Assembly (NCBI GenBank): GCA_016840165.1
Contig: JAEOSU010000092.1
Coordinates: 1 to 29,335 of the forward strand
Direction: 5' to 3'
DNA length: 29,335 bases
DNA from: Promethearchaeota archaeon
GTDB lineage: Archaea > Asgardarchaeota > Lokiarchaeia > Sigyniarchaeales > SOKP01
Shown: one piece after another, positions 26,611 through 29,335 of the stretch
Layout of the letters: every line of letters begins with the position of its first letter
How positions within the stretch are numbered: position 1 is the stretch's first letter
Notes under the pieces: generated by a model
Databases searched by the model: none
What the model was told of the DNA's origin: nothing
What the model saw: only the letters and a program-made list of their open reading frames with translations
Translations under genes and position numbers: made by a program

Positions 26611-28020
26611 TTGAATGTGAAAGATCTTTCCTTTATTAACGATATTAAATCTATGGCTGTCATTGGAACTTCTGCAAAGCGTAATTTTTTCTTTTTGAAA
26701 AATCATCAAGAAAGCTTTAAGGGATCCCTCTATGCGATCAATCCGACTGTGAAAGAGATTCCAGACTTTCCAAAAGAAAATATATATAAATCTATTAAAG
26801 AAGTTCCGGGAAAAGTTGATTTTGCTTTTATTACCGTTCCCGCTAAACAAGTATTACCTGTAATTGATGAATGCGTGGAAAAGGGAGTTAAATTAGTAAG
26901 TATCTTTACTGCAGAATTTTCCGATGCCGGTACTAAAGAGGGAATTGAATTAGAAAAAGAATTACTCACGCGTGCGGATAATAAAATTAGAATACTAGGT
27001 CCTAATGGGATGGGGCTTTTTTATCCAAAACTAGGAATAGCCTGGAGAGGGTTTTTCCCAAATACTCCAGGAAATATAGGTTTAATTGCTCAGTCCGGAG
27101 GGATGTGTAACATAGCGATTTATACATCTATGGAATTAGGATTTAACTTTTCAAAAGTATTTTCCTTTGGAAATGGTGCTGATCTAGATTTTGTTGATCT
27201 TCTTTATTTTTTAAGTAATGATCCTGAAACAAAGGTAATTTTACTTTATATTGAAGGAATTAAAGATAATCGTTTTGATGCCTTGAAAGAAGTTTTATCT
27301 CAAAATAAAAAACCAATCGTCGCCCTAAAAGGTGGCGTATCCGAAACGGGTTCAAAAGCGGTGAGAACTCATACCGCATCAATTTCAGGTAATAACAAAA
27401 TATGGTCTGCATTGTTTAAACAATACAATATAATTGAAGTTGACTCTTTAGAGCAGTTACTCTATACTGCTCAAATTATTGATTTTTATGGAGTTAATGA
27501 ATTTAAAAACGTAGCGGTGTTTAGTATTAGCGGTGGATACGGAGTTGTATTAGTGGATTTAATCGAAAAATATGGTATGAATGTTCCTCCCTTTAGTAAT
27601 GAGATTCAACTCAAACTTGATGAAAAATTCTTTATTAATGGCACCAGTTCGAATAATCCTCTTGATGTTGCCGCGCAAATGTTTCATAGTCACACGCTTG
27701 TTGAAATAGTAGATACCGCATTATCCGATAAGAAAATTGACACATTAATTATGGATATGCCAAGCTGGTATTTCGATCCTAAATATTACATTACTCGAGA
27801 TACGAATTTCAATGAGAATATAGAAAAGGTATTCAAACTTGGATTAAAACGTTATAAACCTCTATTTCCAATAATACAAGAGGCACATTGCCCAGAAGTG
27901 AGTATTCGAATAGCAAGGAAACTTAATCAAAATAAAATAGCTATATATCGAAATCCACTTGATTTCATTCCATTATTACCAAAAATTACTATCTATAAAA
28001 GAAAATCTCTATCAAAATAA
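26611..28020 (+). CDS. acdA: ADP-forming acyl-CoA synthetase alpha subunit (second paralog)
   Basis: Motifs GPNGMG, AQSGG, phospho-His THTASI, SISGG and NPLD. Confidence 0.88.
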   Translation: MNVKDLSFINDIKSMAVIGTSAKRNFFFLKNHQESFKGSLYAINPTVKEIPDFPKENIYKSIKEVPGKVDFAFITVPAKQVLPVIDECVEKGVKLVSIFTAEFSDAGTKEGIELEKELLTRADNKIRILGPNGMGLFYPKLGIAWRGFFPNTPGNIGLIAQSGGMCNIAIYTSMELGFNFSKVFSFGNGADLDFVDLLYFLSNDPETKVILLYIEGIKDNRFDALKEVLSQNKKPIVALKGGVSETGSKAVRTHTASISGNNKIWSALFKQYNIIEVDSLEQLLYTAQIIDFYGVNEFKNVAVFSISGGYGVVLVDLIEKYGMNVPPFSNEIQLKLDEKFFINGTSSNNPLDVAAQMFHSHTLVEIVDTALSDKKIDTLIMDMPSWYFDPKYYITRDTNFNENIEKVFKLGLKRYKPLFPIIQEAHCPEVSIRIARKLNQNKIAIYRNPLDFIPLLPKITIYKRKSLSK

Positions 28021-28058
28021 TTATTAAGTATATCTACAACTAATAATATGAGTCTACT

Positions 28059-28541
28059 ATGATAAGATCTAGTGTTATCTATGAAAATCGTTTTAAACTT
28101 GATATTGATAAAGCATTTAACCTCACGAATCAATGGTTAAATAGTCAATATAAAGCGAAAATAAAAAAATCTACCCCTCCATCATTTATTGAGGCAAAAC
28201 AAGGTACAATGATGGCAAATACGGGGCATGATCCAAATTGGAAAAAAAGGATTCGAATAAGTTTTTATCAATTAGAACAGAATAAGATTCTTATCAGAAT
28301 AGAAGCGATACCTCTTGCTCGTAATGTATTCAGGATAGAAAAATTAAAGCAATCATGGTATAATGGTCTTTTCAGTCATTTATTTTCCATACTTCAAACG
28401 GCTCAAGAACCTGAAATAAAAGACGAATCGTTAAAAAGAGATTTTGTAACAAGACCGGCAACTAAATACTGTTCAAATTGTGGAAAAGAAGTAGATAAGA
28501 ATGCAATAATTTGTCCCCGATGTGGCATTGACATTATTTAG
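28059..28541 (+). CDS. Hypothetical protein with C-terminal zinc ribbon
   Basis: YCSNCG-x8-ICPRCG at the C-terminus. Confidence 0.8.
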   Translation: MIRSSVIYENRFKLDIDKAFNLTNQWLNSQYKAKIKKSTPPSFIEAKQGTMMANTGHDPNWKKRIRISFYQLEQNKILIRIEAIPLARNVFRIEKLKQSWYNGLFSHLFSILQTAQEPEIKDESLKRDFVTRPATKYCSNCGKEVDKNAIICPRCGIDII

Positions 28542-29098
28542 GCTTTTTCGGAGTTAAAAAGAGACTTACTTTTATTATATAATTTTTTTATAAGAGTATC
28601 AAAAGCTTCAATAACTCCTTGTCCAGTTTTGGCTGAAGTTAGATAATACCCGAGAAAATTATATTTTTCAACGATATCTTGAATTTTATCTTTATTTATA
28701 TTATCATTATTTATCAAATCAACTTTATTGGCAAATAAAACTACAGGAATGTCCCCACAATATTTCATAAGTTCTTCATACCAATTTTTAATATGTAGAA
28801 AACTATCTCTCCCTAAATCATTTTCCTCAAGGCTAAATACGATAATACTTGCTCTACTTTCTTGAAAAAATAACGGATGCAAGAAATTGAAATCATCTTG
28901 CCCTGCGATATCCCAAAATATTAACTTAATGAAATCATTATCTACTTCTTTATCGTATCTCGAGAATTGGGCTCCGATGGTTTTTACATAATCAGTTTCA
29001 AATGTACCCATCGTATATTTCCTAATTAAAGAGGTTTTCCCGACCCCTCCATCTCCGATCATAGAGATTTTGAATCCAAATTTCTTAGATGAGGACAT
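28538..29098 (-). CDS. Rab/Ras-like small GTPase
   Basis: G1 GDGGVGKT, G2 TIG, G3 WDIAGQ, G4 NKVD, G5 SAK. No C-terminal cysteine. Confidence 0.93.
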   Translation of the reverse strand: MSSSKKFGFKISMIGDGGVGKTSLIRKYTMGTFETDYVKTIGAQFSRYDKEVDNDFIKLIFWDIAGQDDFNFLHPLFFQESRASIIVFSLEENDLGRDSFLHIKNWYEELMKYCGDIPVVLFANKVDLINNDNINKDKIQDIVEKYNFLGYYLTSAKTGQGVIEAFDTLIKKLYNKSKSLFNSEKA

Positions 29099-29169
29099 TT
29101 ATCTAAAAAGCGTATTAATAATTAAGTTTCAACTATAATGTAAATTTAGATTTTGTGGAATATAAATTT

Positions 29170-29335
29170 TTATTCATTAGATGAAATTTTCTCTTCAGAA
29201 GGAATGCTCTTCTCAATAAAAATTTTGTTTACCAATATATTTAGGGAAGGAATATCTTCGGTTTGAATAATTCTATTCGTTTGATAATAATACTGCAACG
29301 TCTGCAACACATCTTCATTACTTTCAATTTTGCTA
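29170..29335 (-). CDS. 3' end of a gene running off the window (partial, unknown product)
   Basis: Open frame from the window edge: SKIESNEDVLQTLQYYYQTNRIIQTEDIPSLNILVNKIFIEKSIPSEEKISSNE*, stop at 29170-29172. Confidence 0.55.
   Translation of the reverse strand, partial: SKIESNEDVLQTLQYYYQTNRIIQTEDIPSLNILVNKIFIEKSIPSEEKISSNE

Noticed and set aside
1353-26969. Remaining short ORFs nested in or antisense to long genes (e.g. 9501-9875, 6620-6925, 19876-20124, 20228-20506, 26587-26850)
   Set aside because: Shadow ORFs that overlap well-supported genes and have no motifs.

Overview
Low-GC, gene-dense archaeal chromosomal window, most likely from a Lokiarchaeia/Promethearchaeota (Asgard) genome. 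That assignment is an inference from two Rab-like small GTPases, HEAT and HEAT+LRR proteins, a TrmB regulator, an eIF-2B-family protein, duplicated ADP-forming acyl-CoA synthetase alpha subunits, TATA-type promoters and oligo-T terminators. Most genes serve acyl-CoA, fatty-acid or amino-acid catabolism: acyl-CoA dehydrogenase, acyl-CoA ligase, Zn-ADH, a TPP enzyme, a 4-hydroxybutyryl-CoA dehydratase-like protein, a crotonase, a PaaI thioesterase and a 2-oxoacid:ferredoxin oxidoreductase operon. I saw no rRNA, tRNA, CRISPR or transposase. Four things stand out. (1) The oxidoreductase beta subunit is circularly permuted, with its TPP-binding motif split between the two ends of the protein. (2) Two genes (a full-length Rab-like GTPase that the ORF track truncates, and the acyl-CoA ligase) appear to start at ATT behind an identical AGGTGG Shine-Dalgarno. 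(3) That Rab-like GTPase has non-canonical G3/G4 motifs and appears translationally coupled to a TrmB transcription factor. (4) A hairpin/pseudoknot-like element lies upstream of an acyl-CoA synthetase gene.
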